From Camelus ferus (lineage: Eukaryota), in assembly GCF_009834535.1 (NCBI RefSeq), contig NC_045697.1, positions 51,028,001 through 51,092,000 on the forward strand: a stretch of 64,000 nucleotides of DNA. The letters run 5' to 3'. Position numbers and translations under genes: made by a program. The first letter of the stretch is position 1; each line of letters starts with the position of its first letter. Shown here in pieces: positions 25,101 to 55,549 of this stretch. The notes under the pieces are model-generated. The model ran no database searches. It had not been told where the DNA came from and was given only the letters and a program-made list of their open reading frames with translations.

Positions 25101-27664
25101 TGCAATGATGGTGCTGCAATAGTCCACACAGAGTACACAATGATGACCTGCAGAATGTCCATGTATGTCCAACAAAAACTCATAGGAACACTCACTTGCT
25201 AACTAACCTCAGGAAATTATCAAAGTGTGAAGGCTGTAAGTTTTACAATTTCCTGACGATTCAATTGCCTTATCCAAATTTTATGATTAATACTATATTT
25301 ACTTTTTGATATAATTTATATTTAAATTACTTTTGAGAAGCATTAACGTTTCTGGAAGATATCAGATGAGATTATGATAAACAACATCATCATCAAAATG
25401 AGTTTAGAGAAACTCACATATATTCAACATTCTCCTCTATAAATTTTTTGGTGACACTGACATCATCTGAAAAGCAAAGAAATTTACGTTACTATATATC
25501 CTGATATTTTAACATTTTCCCAATAAATGACAGTATGTGATGTCTAAATTTATAAAGTAGAAAATAAAATCTGATGGTAGAAAATAATTTGGCATGTATA
25601 ACGTGAAGTAAAGAAGTCATACGAATGAAGTATTAGGTCTTACGTGTTGATATTAGTTGATTATGTGCTCAAAAAATATTAAGTTGATGGACTTGAATTA
25701 ATCTCAAACTCATCAGATTTGCTATTGATGGCTCCCCAGCCACAAATGTCAAACACAAGCACCATCTCCATGCTATGTATCAGGTATGACTAGAGAAGTA
25801 TTATGAAGGTGCATTGTTATGTGGTACAATGCTACAGCAGTGCCTGACAAGAGATGATGCTGCAGCATGCTGGTGGTCAGTAAAGTTTATAATGTTAGCC
25901 AGACAGACATTTAGGCAACCTCTGGACTAGTCTAAAATCATTGATTCCCTCCCAGAGAGCATATACTAATCAGAGCACATTTACATGTGTTCACATAGAC
26001 TACTTTCATGGAGTCCTTACTTTTGCAAAGTATTACGCTGGATACTATGACTAAAATATCTTCCCTGGACCTCAGGGGGTTCCTCAGTATTCTTACAGTG
26101 CATTTGACTCAGGAACATGACTATAAGCCAGTGTAGAATGTACATGACGTTCTAAATGCCAGGAATGCTTTATGATCTCTAAGTGAGGAACTGAGAAAGG
26201 ATTATAGGAGGAGGGGCATATGAATGGAGTTTGAAAAAATGTGCAGGATTTCAGCTAGCTGAGGAATAAGGAGTCTCATGTTTCTGTGTGGAAAGAATGG
26301 TCGTAAGTAAAAACACAAAAGTAAGAAATCCTGCGATTGATGAGAAAGTGGGTCATAAAGAGTAATAACAGAACCTAAGGTAGAAAGAACCTGCATTCAG
26401 ATTATGGGGGTCTTTCATCTAAAGCTGAGTAATTTAGGCTCCAACTGGAAGCCATGAAGAGCCACTGAAAGAGTTTATACAGAATAGTAATATCACCATT
26501 TCTATATGCTAAGAAGCATCAGCTAGGTAGTGGTATGTCTGATATGCTGGGATCTTCCACAGTGCCTGACAAATAGAAAGTGACAAGAACTAGTTGTCAA
26601 ATACATGGATGGAAGAATGAATGGGTGGGTGGACAAAAGCAAGAAGCCCACTAGGAGATTTCTACAACTATTCTATTGAGAAATCGGCAGGATATGTATT
26701 TTGGTAGGAATAATGGAAATGCAAAGGAAAACGTGGATGCAAAAGATATTAGAGACAAAAATCAACAAGATGTTTTTTACTAAGTTGTTGCAAGGGGCCC
26801 AGGAGAAGGAATACTCAAGAATGACCACCTTCTTTAACACTGTGACTGGGCTCACTAACAGGCATGGTTGGGGAGGGGGTGTGGTGTGGGTTCCAAGTTA
26901 ATGTCTTAACTGTCTGGACACAGTCCAGATCTTCAAGGTCACTGCAATACTTATAGCACCTTTGTTCACGTTACAAAAAGGTATTCCTTTCAGACCAGAG
27001 GGATTACAAAAAGACACCTCTGAATAGATGAAGTTCAAAATGTTTCCCCTTTTAGTAGAAGAAATGTAACAGTCCCCATGTCCTCCAGGCTAACGCTGCG
27101 TCGGCCAGGCTTGGGGGGGCACAGGCTTGGGGACATTTACACACTGCACAGCTGGAAGAAGCAGAGTGCTGCATACTGTGAAGCTGTTCACCATCTAGTC
27201 AGGACATTCATCGGACAACCAAAGGTTCCAGAAAAATCCCAGCTCATACCTAATGTTTCCCTGTTACCATACACTGTACACATTTGCAAGAAATGCCAAC
27301 AATTTCAAATCTGACTTATATTTCCCAGTAACACTGCCGTGAGGCTGGTGACCATTTGCTGGGTGCCATAACTGCCTCTGTCTATAGACAGGGTAACCTG
27401 ACCACCAAAATACAAAATCTGGGAAGGTTAGTTCAGGATATCTTATCATTATATATAAACTAGGGAAAGGGAAGAAAAAGCAAGTAAAAACTTAAATTAA
27501 AAGAAAACAAGGTTGAAAAAATAGAAATTATCCCAACTTAGTCATTCCTTAGCTGACATACAAGTAAATTTCTTACCTACATCTTGAGGCTTTGTGGGCA
27601 GAGTTAGGGATTCAGTCAAAAAGAAAAAGAAAATAACAAAACCTGTAAGTTTTAATTGTTTCAT
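9678..27664 (-). CDS. AFM: Afamin (alpha-albumin), complete, 14 coding exons, 604 aa
   Basis: Starts [29 protein letters not shown]. Exon sizes 88/49/133/212/133/98/130/215/133/98/133/224/133/36 sum to 1815 nt, all GT-AG, open frame. Afamin motifs [21 protein letters not shown] and [10 protein letters not shown] are present. Confidence 0.97.
10102..10162. repeat. (GT)n microsatellite, interrupted by CT
   Basis: Direct reading of the sequence. Confidence 0.95.
10876..11008 (-). CDS. AFM: AFM exon 13
   Basis: 133 nt; [44 protein letters not shown]. Confidence 0.95.
11846..12069 (-). CDS. AFM: AFM exon 12
   Basis: 224 nt; [10 protein letters not shown]...[15 protein letters not shown]...EELQRKKD. 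Confidence 0.95.
12811..12943 (-). CDS. AFM: AFM exon 11
   Basis: 133 nt; [17 protein letters not shown]...[15 protein letters not shown]. Confidence 0.95.
14016..14113 (-). CDS. AFM: AFM exon 10
   Basis: 98 nt; [32 protein letters not shown]. Confidence 0.95.
14990..15720 (+). mobile_element. Old L1 (L1M-type) 3' fragment
   Basis: gaaaatgggtaaacaacatgaac...caatgttggtgaag...actttctggaaagtaacttggc; degraded L1 ORF2-end/3' UTR motifs; ends approximate. Confidence 0.5.
16078..16210 (-). CDS. AFM: AFM exon 9
   Basis: 133 nt; [44 protein letters not shown]. Confidence 0.95.
17730..17960 (+). mobile_element. MIR SINE
   Basis: tgtgtgactttggagcaagttacttaacttccatgcctcagtttccttgcctgtaaaatg. Confidence 0.75.
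18770..19000 (+). mobile_element. MIR SINE
   Basis: tgtgaaccttgaacaagttgcttaacttctttgtacttcagtttgctcatctaaaaactggg. Confidence 0.75.
19189..19403 (-). CDS. AFM: AFM exon 8
   Basis: 215 nt; [32 protein letters not shown]... Confidence 0.95.
20491..21102 (+). mobile_element. 5'-truncated younger L1 (ORF2 end + 3' UTR + A-rich tail) in AFM intron 7
   Basis: aaagatacatgcacccaatattcatagcagc...atgccatttgcagcaacatggatggacctggag...tgctgtacaccagaaattgaca; TSD agaaatgaatt at 20476-20486 and 21103-21113. Confidence 0.9.
22140..22269 (-). CDS. AFM: AFM exon 7
   Basis: 130 nt; [16 protein letters not shown]...[14 protein letters not shown]. Confidence 0.95.
23035..23132 (-). CDS. AFM: AFM exon 6
   Basis: 98 nt; [32 protein letters not shown]. 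Confidence 0.95.
23739..23871 (-). CDS. AFM: AFM exon 5
   Basis: 133 nt; [44 protein letters not shown]. Confidence 0.95.
24064..24275 (-). CDS. AFM: AFM exon 4
   Basis: 212 nt; [24 protein letters not shown]...ESFLN. Confidence 0.95.
24981..25113 (-). CDS. AFM: AFM exon 3
   Basis: 133 nt; [20 protein letters not shown]...PECSKLA. Confidence 0.95.
25418..25466 (-). CDS. AFM: AFM exon 2
   Basis: 49 nt; [16 protein letters not shown]; cag/gtgagt. Confidence 0.93.
27577..27664 (-). CDS. AFM: AFM exon 1 coding part
   Basis: ATG at 27664; [29 protein letters not shown]; gtaag donor. Confidence 0.95.
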
Positions 27665-27720
27665 TTTTTTTTAGATAACACATTCACAAAAGAAAGTAAT
27701 GTAACTGAGGAAAATCAAGT

Positions 27721-27837
27721 TTTTATATTATTCTTTGACACTATTAGTAAAAAAGTAACTTGTTTAACCTATTTCTCATATACCTCATATTTGATTTTTA
27801 TTTGATCACACTGCAGAATTTTTTGCTAATTATTAAC
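27721..27837 (-). promoter_or_regulatory. AFM promoter (TATA plus two HNF1-like sites)
   Basis: TATAAAA 27727-27721; degenerate HNF1 GTTACTTTTTTAC 27759-27747; HNF1 GTTAATAATTAGC 27837-27825. Confidence 0.7.
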
Positions 27838-29994
27838 TAGGAAGAAATTATCTCTGTGTTTCACTGGAAAAATCTATTGAGTTAGAAAAAAAAAGTCCAC
27901 AGGTCAAGTATGCACAATACCTAATCAAATAGACAACTTTAAAAAAAAAATCTTGAAATATTACAAGTGCTAAAAGAAAAAAGGGCTAGAATAAATAATT
28001 CACCAAAGAGGAAACATACCTAGAAAGATGCTAAACTTCACTGGTAATCAAAGGAAGTTAAATTTAAAATATATAATTTTTATATATCTATTAGAAATAT
28101 AAAAAAGAAAAAAATTAAGATCTAATTCTGGTAAACATATAGCAAAACAAGTACCCATAAAATCAAAACTTTTGGAAAACAAGTTTATGATAAGGATTGA
28201 TAGTCTTAAAAATATTCATGTTATTTCAACCAATCACTCAAATTCTGGGAATTTATACTAAGAACATTATCCTAAATATGGAAATACTTTTTAGTATATG
28301 ATAAAAAAAAAATCTATTTCTTAGTTATGTCCACTAGAAGGGCCTGAAAGTAATAGCAACCAGGTAGTTATTTAGCACTCTTGAAGCACACCTCTTAGGT
28401 TTTAAACACTTTTCTCTACCATAAGAATCCTGGGCTTCTTAGAGAAATGGATAATTCCAGGGCTGGGCCATGAAAAGTATAAAATGAGCAGAGAACATGC
28501 CAGAAACTAAGGGGACATGTCATGATGGGGACATGTCAAAGAAGACAGAAGCCAATGGGACAATTTGATAATGGGACAATAAAATAATGATAGGAATGTA
28601 TTATATAACCCATTAAATTTGGGGGAAAAAAGAATTCATGAATCTATACCAATATAAAATTAAATCAAAAGTCGAGGAAGGGAAACTCTTAACATCTATA
28701 TAAGAATGTCAACTAACAAATGTTAATACTCATTTGTAACTCTCATAGTAACAACTGATTTAAACCAGATTCACGAATGGATGCTGAAGTCACTGGTGAG
28801 AAACTATCAGGCAATAGCATATTTACAGTTTCAAGTGTCACTCCACAGATTACTTATAGATAAGTAAACAGTAGTATAGTCAGGCTATACATTAGTACTT
28901 GTGTTTTTATAACTAATGAAGAAAAAGTATATACAGTAACAGGGAGAAGTAGTTCTACATCATATTTTGAGGAAGAGCAGAATCTAAAATTTTATATATC
29001 ATATACAGAAAATGGTAGGCTGAACAGACCTGTTAAACTAAAACAAAGGAAGAGAGAAGAGAGGGGAAGAGAGTGAGAGCGGGAAACAGAGGAGGTGGGG
29101 AGAGAGAGAGGTAGAGGCAGAGACATTGATTCTGTCCCCATACTGAGAATTATGCAGCTGGTTTGGTCAGTATCTTTGGTGGCAACTAGTGAACATTACT
29201 GATCCTGGTGACCTCTAATTGGCCTTTTGTAAAGGTATAAAACCTGCTTCTAGGTATATTCAACTATTAGATCAATTAGCTTCTTTATTTTCTTCCCAGA
29301 TGTGTTACTTATTATTTCTGATTACTGGTTCATGCCTGGCAATTGTAAGAAGACAGCTCCAATGTATCTGCTCCACAAATCTAACCCTCCCTATCACTGT
29401 AAGAATGTGATTTTTTTTATGACCATATGAAATGAAATAGCAGTCTGTGTCTAGTTAAAAGGTTAATGTACTTAAACTACTTTTCTTTCTGGTCATTTTG
29501 GATTTGCCTGGAATTATCTAACTGCTAACTCCTTCATTAGTGTGTAATACATTTTGACACTCAGATAAATAAGCCTAAGAAGTTTTGCTTCAACAGTAGA
29601 GACACATGCATATACATAAAGACACTGGGCTGGGGGGAGAGAGAGTGAGCCAGCAGTACACTCAGACTCTTGAGAAAATCCTGGAAATTAAAATAGATGG
29701 GATCAAGTTGATTGGGAAAATAAATAAGAAGGAACTTCAGCTCAAAATATGGAAGATAAGGTCAACCCTTCCCAGGGCATTTCAGAGAAGCTCTAAGTCT
29801 AAGGACTATGAAGAACAGACATAGGCTATAGGGAAAGAATCAAGAGAACAAGCTAAAACGCTATGTTCAGAACAACTGAATTAGAGGACTCCGCTCCCTC
29901 CTCCCTTTCTCTACCAGCACACCCAGGTACATAGCATACTCGGGTCACAGTCATTGGGATCTCTTACCTCTGGGTCAAAATCTGAAAATGACTC

Positions 29995-30250
29995 TTTCTT
30001 AGTTTGGGTTGCCCCCAGAGCAGACCTCCAGACAAAGATGTGTGGTTTATTTGGAAGGTGACTTGAGGATGCAGAAGGGAGGAAGTGAGACCAAGAAGGG
30101 AGAAACGCTAATAAAGCAGGTGTGACTGAGAAGAGTGACGGTGTAGGCACCTGGGTGCAAGACTCCTGGGAGCTGTCTGAGAAGTGGAAGATTTCCTGGA
30201 ATTGTCCTGGCAGAGACTGGGAAGCTGGGGCATTTATCCACTGACTGAGG
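29995..30250. mobile_element. ERVL-MaLR (MLT1-type) LTR fragment
   Basis: cttagtttgggttgcccccagagcagacct...tttatttggaaggtga; subfamily not determined. Confidence 0.5.
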
Positions 30251-30359
30251 TATACATGAGTGAGAAGAATAATCACAAGAACTCTAGGGAGAAAATAAGC
30301 TACTGAAGTGAGGGGTTGCGCAAAGCAGCACCACCAGATAATAAAATGCATTCTAAAAC

Positions 30360-31470
30360 AGCATAATCATTAAAACAGTGTGGTACTGGAAGTCAAGAGA
30401 GAGACATATACAATAAACTAAAAATCTAAAATTAGATTCAAATGCCTCTCCATGCACTAGGATAGTTCCAAATAGATCAGAGTTCCAAATGTAAAAAGGA
30501 GGAAAAAACGGTAAATGTACTAGAAGAAACACAAGTGAACTGGGAAAAATTTTCCTATGACACAAAATTCAGAAGCAGTAATGAATTCAACTACATAAAA
30601 CATTTTAAGACTGTACATGGAAAAGTGCTGTAGGCAAAGTCAAAAACTCAGAGGAAAAACCGAGGAAAGGTAGCTGCAATCTATATCAGCATATGCAAAG
30701 AGGTCCTGGAAATCTGAAGGGGAAAAAAAGACCAAGGATTTGATAGAAGGGGAATAGTAAAAATGATATAAGCAGAGAGTACACAAAAAGAAAAAAGAAT
30801 TTAAAGGACTTAAACACAAAAAGATGCTCATCATAAGAGAAATGCTTATTTAAACAACACCACAGCACCACTTCTCACCTATCTGATTGGCAAAAAATTA
30901 AGTTTGACAACATACTTTGTGGATAAAACTGCAGGAAAATAGTCCTCTCATCCACTGCTGGTGGGAATGCAAAATGGTGATGCAGTATCTATGGAAGAGA
31001 ATTTGACAAAATCTAAAACAAAAATAAGTATTTGTCTTTTGAGACAACAAATTTCTAATAGATACCTATGCCAAAAATATACTACTAATATTACTAAATG
31101 ACTAAAGCACTAGGTTATTCTTTGCAATTATTTGCAATAGCAAAAGATTGGAAATTGAATCCAAATATCCATCAATAGAAGGTCAATTATAAACTATAGC
31201 AGAGCAACACAAAGAAATTCTGTGAAGCTGTTAAAAAAAAATGAAGGAAAAAAACTTATGCCTAATGTGGAGTGATCGCCAAAATTATGTTTTTAAGTGA
31301 AAAAGGTATAAAACAATATAACATAATATGTAATCCCTTGTGTAATATAGATAAAATGGTGCAGTGGGAATGTATTTATATACATATTTGCTTAAATGTT
31401 AAAAAATAAGAGAATGGATAAACCAAGAACTGAGAAAAGTCATCTATAGAAGAAAGGGAGAACTGGGTAG
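30360..31470 (+). mobile_element. Degraded L1 fragment
   Basis: aaagatgctcatcataagagaaatgc...ctgctggtgggaatgcaaaatggt...ccaaatatccatcaatagaag. Confidence 0.65.
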
Positions 31471-31479
31471 AGGGAATTG

Positions 31480-31660
31480 TGCCTGAGTCAGCTCAGGCTG
31501 CCATAACAAGATGCCACTAAGTGGGGGACTCATCAACAGCAGAAACTGACTTCCCCTAGTTCTGGAGGCTGGCAGTCTGAGTCAGGGCACCAGCTCTGGT
31601 GAGAGCTCTCTTCTGGGGTGCAGATTGCCAGCTTCTAGTTGTATCCTCACATGGCAGAAA
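31480..31660 (-). mobile_element. MLT1 LTR fragment
   Basis: caggctgccataacaag...ttctggaggctggcagtctgag...tcctcacatggcagaa. Confidence 0.75.
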
Positions 31661-31664
31661 GACA

Positions 31665-32540
31665 GTATCAAGTGTAATGCTGGCCTCATAGAATAAATTG
31701 GAAGGTATTTCCTTCTCTTCAATTTTTTGGAAGAGTTTGTGTAGAATTAGTATTATTTCTTCCTTAAATGTTTAGTAGAATTTAACAGTGAAGCCTGGGG
31801 TTTTCTTTAAGGGAATGAGCTTAACTAAATTTTCCATTCCTTTAATAGGTATAGAAATAATCAGATTTTTTTTTTTCTTAAATGAACTTTGGTAGTGTGT
31901 ATCTTTCAAGGCATTTGTCCATTTTATCTAAGTTGTCAAATATATTGGCAAAATATTTTTTAAAATATTCCCTTATTTTTTTGATATCTAAGGTGTTGTC
32001 ACCTCTCTCATTCCTGATACCAGTAATTTGGTTTTTTTCTCTTGTTTTTCTTCTGAAAAATCCATCTAGAGGTTTATCAATGGTAATGATCTTCTCAAAG
32101 AACCAGCATTTGGTTTCATTGATTTTTGTCTGCTTTTTCATTTTCTATTTTTTTGATTTCTACTAGTTCCTTTCTTTGGCTTGCTTTGTTTTAATTCATA
32201 CTTCTTTTCCTAGTTTCTTAAGGTGGAATCTGAGTTCATTGGTTTGAGAACTTCTTTTCTAAGTTAACTGAGGATAACAGCATGCTATAAATTACAAAAT
32301 AGAGTACCTTTGGTGCTATAAATTTTCCTTAAATACCGTTTTAATGGTATCCCACAAATTCTGATATGCTGTGTTTTCATTTTCATTCAATTTAGAATAT
32401 TTTTAAATGCCCTTTTTATTTTTCCTTCGGTTTGGGAGTTCTGTAGAAGTGTGTTATTTAGATTATGAACATTTGGGGATTTCCAAGTATCTTACTATCA
32501 TATATTACCAGCTTAATTCCTTATAATCAAGCAATTCTCT
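31665..32540 (-). mobile_element. L1 ORF2 internal fragment (degraded)
   Basis: ORF 31878-32141 reads KINETKCWFFEKIITIDKPL...IRNERGD...NLDKMDKCLERYTLPK, a typical L1 ORF2 segment. Confidence 0.9.
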
Positions 32541-32769
32541 GTAATCTCCCTTAACTCTTTAAAAGTGGCGTCATTGGGAGGAGACAAATTCTTTATATGG
32601 TAATCCTCCTGTCCTGGTGCATGCAGTAGGGCATGGCAAGGGAGAGAGACTAGAAGAGTCATTTTTAAGAGTGTCTGGACTATACTCACCTATTTTCAAC
32701 AGTTTGTCACCCCAGCAAGAGTTTAGTCCTATCCTAATATTATCCTGTAGACACCAGGCAATCTGGCTT

Positions 32770-33143
32770 TTGCAGATGTAATTAAGCTAAAGATCTTGAG
32801 ATAAGAATTATCAGTTGGGTCCTTAAGAGAAAGGCAAGGGGAGACCTAAGGCAGAGAAGAAGAAGGAGCAGATCCAGACACACAGACAAGACAACGACAA
32901 GAAGATGGAGGCAGAGACTAGAGGGAAGCAGCGAGCCCAGGACTGCCGGGGCAGCCCCCAGAGCCGGAAGAGGCGGGGAATGGACGCTCCGCTAGAGCCC
33001 CGGGGGCATGGAGGTGGCGGGCGGGCGCACTACCCTGGCAGATTTCAGACCTCTGGTCTCCAGAACCGTGAGCGAGAGAAAGCTGTTGCTTTAAGCCACC
33101 AAGTTTGCAGTCGTTTGTTAGAGTAGCCACGAGACAGCAATAC
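32770..33143 (+). mobile_element. MLT1 solo LTR
   Basis: gcagatgtaattaag...gaagatggaggcagagact...cagacctctggtctccagaaccgtgag...tttaagccaccaagtttg...aataca. Confidence 0.85.
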
Positions 33144-33309
33144 ATCCTCTCCTCAAGCTTGAGTCTTTAACCTCCTCAGTGGTTTCTTGTGTTTTTGATG
33201 TCAATTTCTCAGACCCATGCTTCTCCTTCTCCCCAGTGTGACTTTTACAGATCGAGCTAGCTACCCTTCTAGTTCACCACCTTAGAAGAAAATACAGCCC
33301 ATGGCATGT

Positions 33310-34540
33310 GTATTCATCCACACATCCATCAAATAGTTACCGAATGCCTACCATGTTCCAGGCGCTGTTCTTATGCTGACGGTAACAGAAGTCAACAAAA
33401 CAGAAAGCCCTGTCCTCACGGGGCTTACACTAGCGGAGGCAGACAGATTTTGATAACTGGTGTGGGGAATAAAGGTAGGTGTACAATTTAAAATAAGACA
33501 GTCAAGAAGGACTGCTCATCTAGCAGGTGATATAATAAGTAGAAGCCTGAGGAGGTGATGGGGTGAGCCCCACACATATCTGAGGGCAGTTTCCAAGGAA
33601 GAAAAATCACAAGGGCAAAACTCTGAGCAGGAAATTAATTGGTAACTTGAAGAACATCAAGGGAACCACTGTGCCCGAGCAAAGGGACCCAGTGGAAAAG
33701 AAGAAAGAGAAAATGGCAGAAAGCTATCACCATGTAGAGCCACTGTAGAGACCTTGCTCTGAGTAAGATGGAAAGCCACTAAGTGAAAAGTAGCATAATG
33801 TATGTAGATGTAAAGGATCACTTCAATTATTATGTGGAGTCTCAAGCCTGGGATGAGGCAAGGGTCCATTTAAGGAGACCTGTTAGGAAGCTATTGCAAT
33901 AACCCATGTGTGGTATGGTCATGGCTTAGACTGGTGATACTGGGAGAGAGTCAAATTCTGGATATTCTTTGAAGATAGGACCAACAAGCTCTGCTCGTGG
34001 ATTGAATGTAGGGTGATATGAAACAGAGGAACCATAGATGACACTAAGGTTTCTGGCTTGAGCAACTAGAAGGATGGACAAAACAGAGGGAGACACCAAT
34101 TTGGGGTGGGACAGAGTTCAGTTTAAAATGTGCTATGTTTGGATTGTCTTTGCAATACCAACATGAAGATGTCAGGGAGGAAGCTGGCACAAGAGCTAGA
34201 AAGTAAGGAAGAAACCAGGCTGGAGATATAAACATGTGTTGTCAACATCTAGATGGTATTAATGCACCAAGTCTATAAGAGATCACCTGGGAAAAGTGCA
34301 GATTCAGGAACAGCTGCTTTGGGGCACTCCAACATTTAGAGGTCAAAGAATTGCAGAAAATACAATGAAGAAGACTGAGAAGATGTAGCCAATAAGATCC
34401 AGAACTCAAGTAGAAAAATGTTTCAAGGAAAAGGGAGTAATCAATTGAGTCAGATTCTAGTGAGAGAACTCAGGTAAGTCAAAGACTGAGAAATGACTAC
34501 AGGACCTTGCATCATGGAAGTCATTGGCAACCTTGACTAG
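33310..34540 (-). mobile_element. L2 LINE 3' region
   Basis: Starts with the reverse complement of an L2 tail; contains ggagacctgttaggaagctattgcaataacc and ggctggagatataaac. Confidence 0.8.
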
Positions 34541-36091
34541 ACATGTTTCTGCCTTGAGTCTTTATTTGTTGTTTGCTTAATTTGGTTTTTCTAAGAAGTA
34601 GAAATGTTCTAAAATCTCCAATTTATTATTGTATTTTGTCAATTTGTTCTAGTGTTTCCTATCATTTTTTCCCCTTATTTATGTCAGTGAAATATCATTT
34701 GGCTTATAAATTTTCCAAACAGTTTTATCTTACTTGAACTTTCCTCTTAACAATAAAAAAATCATTTTTCCTATTAAATACTTTAATGTTGAACTCTACT
34801 TTATCTTATTGTGATCTCTAAGTTAATACCTTTTAGAATTACACCAAAATCAGGCAAAGTCCACAGATATTGCAACAGAATTGAAAGAAAAATGTAAAGT
34901 ACAAAGCAATTGAGTTCGAACTGAAAGCACGTTTTTTTGCTCTGAGCAAATGTTTTCTCCTGCAGCAGAGGCCAAAACATGAATGTAATTTTTAGATTTC
35001 TATTCAAAGCTAATACAATAAACAGCCTCCTTACTGGTGGACTGATTTTTTTGTCACCATTTACTGACCTTGCCTTGTTCCACTCTTTCACCTGCCCCTA
35101 CTCCCCATCCTCCATTTCTCATGAGTTATATTCTTAAAAGGTAACCTCCCTGCTTAGATATTACTTTGGTCTTCTGTTACCTGCAAGGCATTGACCAGAC
35201 CCCTTGGAGTAAAGCTCATGAAAATCTACTCAATCCTACATAGTTTGCGTATCTTGTTTGATCTTCCATATCTATACCTTTCCTACCCACCCTCTGCGGC
35301 CCTAAAATCATTCATCATGTTTTGTCATAGCCCATGTTTTCCTCTTTCACGTATTTGCCTTTTTCTTTACTTGAACTGATGATTACTCACTCATTTCGAA
35401 GATGCTTCTTAAATGTTCATCTCTTGCAGTGTGACTTTCCCCAGTCAAAACTGGTCTCACCCACCCTTTGATTCTCTCAACAACATGTCACCCCCTCTAT
35501 AATGGCCATAATCTGTTGCATTGTTATTAGTTGCTTCCTTCTTGACTAAAGCAATTGGAGGACAGTGACCGTACCCAGGACACCACCTTGTACACAAGGA
35601 GTGTTCAATAAACACTTGTAGAATAAAAAATAATAATAATTGATTAAAATGTTAATTACATTCAATCAAAACAATTAAGTGTGGTTAAAACTTGTGTTTT
35701 AAAAGGTCTATCAATAGAGAACTGAACAAGACTAAGAAAAAAATAGATGTTAAATTTTGAGTAGCATCATTCTTGAGTGATCCTATAAAAACATAATGAT
35801 TTTTCTCATCTCCAAGTTATCTGTTAGAATACTTAAGTGGTTATTTAATGAACAGTGTGCCCTAGCAGCACCAAACAGTGCTTAACTTGGGAACATTTTT
35901 TTAGTTCACCACATAATCTAGCCTTTGGTGTCATAAATCCATCCTTGAGTGGTCTTAACCTCCTACAGTAACCAATATTCAGTGCTTTTTAACTAGAATC
36001 TGCTGTGGACAATAGTCTACAACATAGTATAAAAACTATTTTAAAAAATTATCTAGAAGTTTTCATAAATAAGCAAGCAAGGAAAAAGGAA

Positions 36092-36239
36092 ACATTTAGA
36101 GATACTTTATTTATATGATAGGAAAATCTCACACAAAGCCTTCATCATTTCTTTAATTCACAAAAAGCACAGATCAGTTAGAATTAAAAGGGAAAATTTC
36201 CACCAAACAATAAAGACTTATTGCCTTCTTCTCTTCAAC
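36092..36239 (-). other. AFP: AFP exon 15 (non-coding 3' UTR) with polyadenylation signal
   Basis: Acceptor tattacag at 36240-36241; AATAAA at 36111-36106; 3' end approximate. Confidence 0.85.
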
Positions 36240-36605
36240 CTGTAATATGAACAAAAATATAAATACTAATTAAATTAATATATGCATAAAGTAACTGGTT
36301 TTATTTTATATCAGATATATCAGTCAGATATAGATCAGATATACAGATAGGAAGGTCTTCTGATGGAATTCTCTGAAACCTTTGAATAACCTAAAAGAAT
36401 TCTGAGTTAGTTTTAATCACTAATCTAACATTGCAGGCATAATTTTGTTCCAAGCTTTTAAAATAAACTTTTTTACTTAATTGCATTTAATTTTAAGAAA
36501 AATATTTAATGTTAGCTCTTAGGATGTATTTCACTATGGATCAACACTTGGAAAGAACCAACTTTATAGTTAGCATTGTCTGCATTTTTTGTTACCTGAA
36601 GTAAT

Positions 36606-54748
<18,143 letters not shown>

Positions 54749-54814
54749 GGTTGCTTGTTATTTCGTTGTGATTGTGGTGATGAGGGAAGAATATTGAAAA
54801 TCATGCTGAAATTC

Positions 54815-54956
54815 TTTTATACTCTTCTCTAGCAATGCCTGTTAACTAGTAATCTTTTGTTGGTATAGCGGTTACTTTATTTCCTTATGTTGCAAATGTA
54901 CAACTTGCTTAATAATTAACAACATAGGGATTGTTTGTGTTTTATGTTCAAGGACA
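54815..54956 (-). promoter_or_regulatory. AFP proximal promoter
   Basis: TATAAAA 54821-54815; proximal HNF1-like ATTACTAGTTAAC 54853-54841; C/EBP-like about 54885-54895; distal HNF1 GTTAATTATTAAG 54920-54908; FTF/LRH-1 (NR5A2) site TCAAGGACA 54948-54956. Confidence 0.85.
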
Positions 54957-55549
54957 AGACCTCTTTGGGGTCGAAAGGGTGGGGGAGGACTTGCAAATTC
55001 ATTCCATTTTGCAAATATAACAAATATTCTTCTCAAAACTATGGAGTGTTCAAAGGGGTGACTTTTCCCTACATTGTATAGTAGAAGTTAATAAGGCCAT
55101 AAACAAAAGACATCAGACTTTGTATGAAATTCAACTAAATATACTAATTTGTTTAAAAAATAGTAACTGAATGTCTATTCTATGCCAGGAACTGGGCACA
55201 TGGTTTGACCAACTCAGACTCTTCATTGCAGGGGATTATTGCTTGATTAGTGTGTCCTTTAGCTTAAAAATCCTTTTCACCTGATCTGTATGTCAATAAG
55301 GTCAATTTTTTTAAGAATTTAGTATACCATGTACAGCTGAACAGAAAATTTAGAACACAAACTCTGACGAGCCAAGTTCTATAATAAGTTCATTTGCTGC
55401 AAAGTAATTCTGCATGTATGTCAAACTGTGATGTGGGTGAGCTGCACTGTTCATTTAGCAACTCAAGATGATTATGTTAATACTAAATAAATACTTACGA
55501 ACACCACCTGATTCTAGGAGAGGTTCACCTTGTAACCTCCCTGTCTAGG

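Noticed and set aside
31878..32166. ORFs on both strands
   Set aside because: A decayed L1 ORF2 fragment and its antisense frame, not a host gene.
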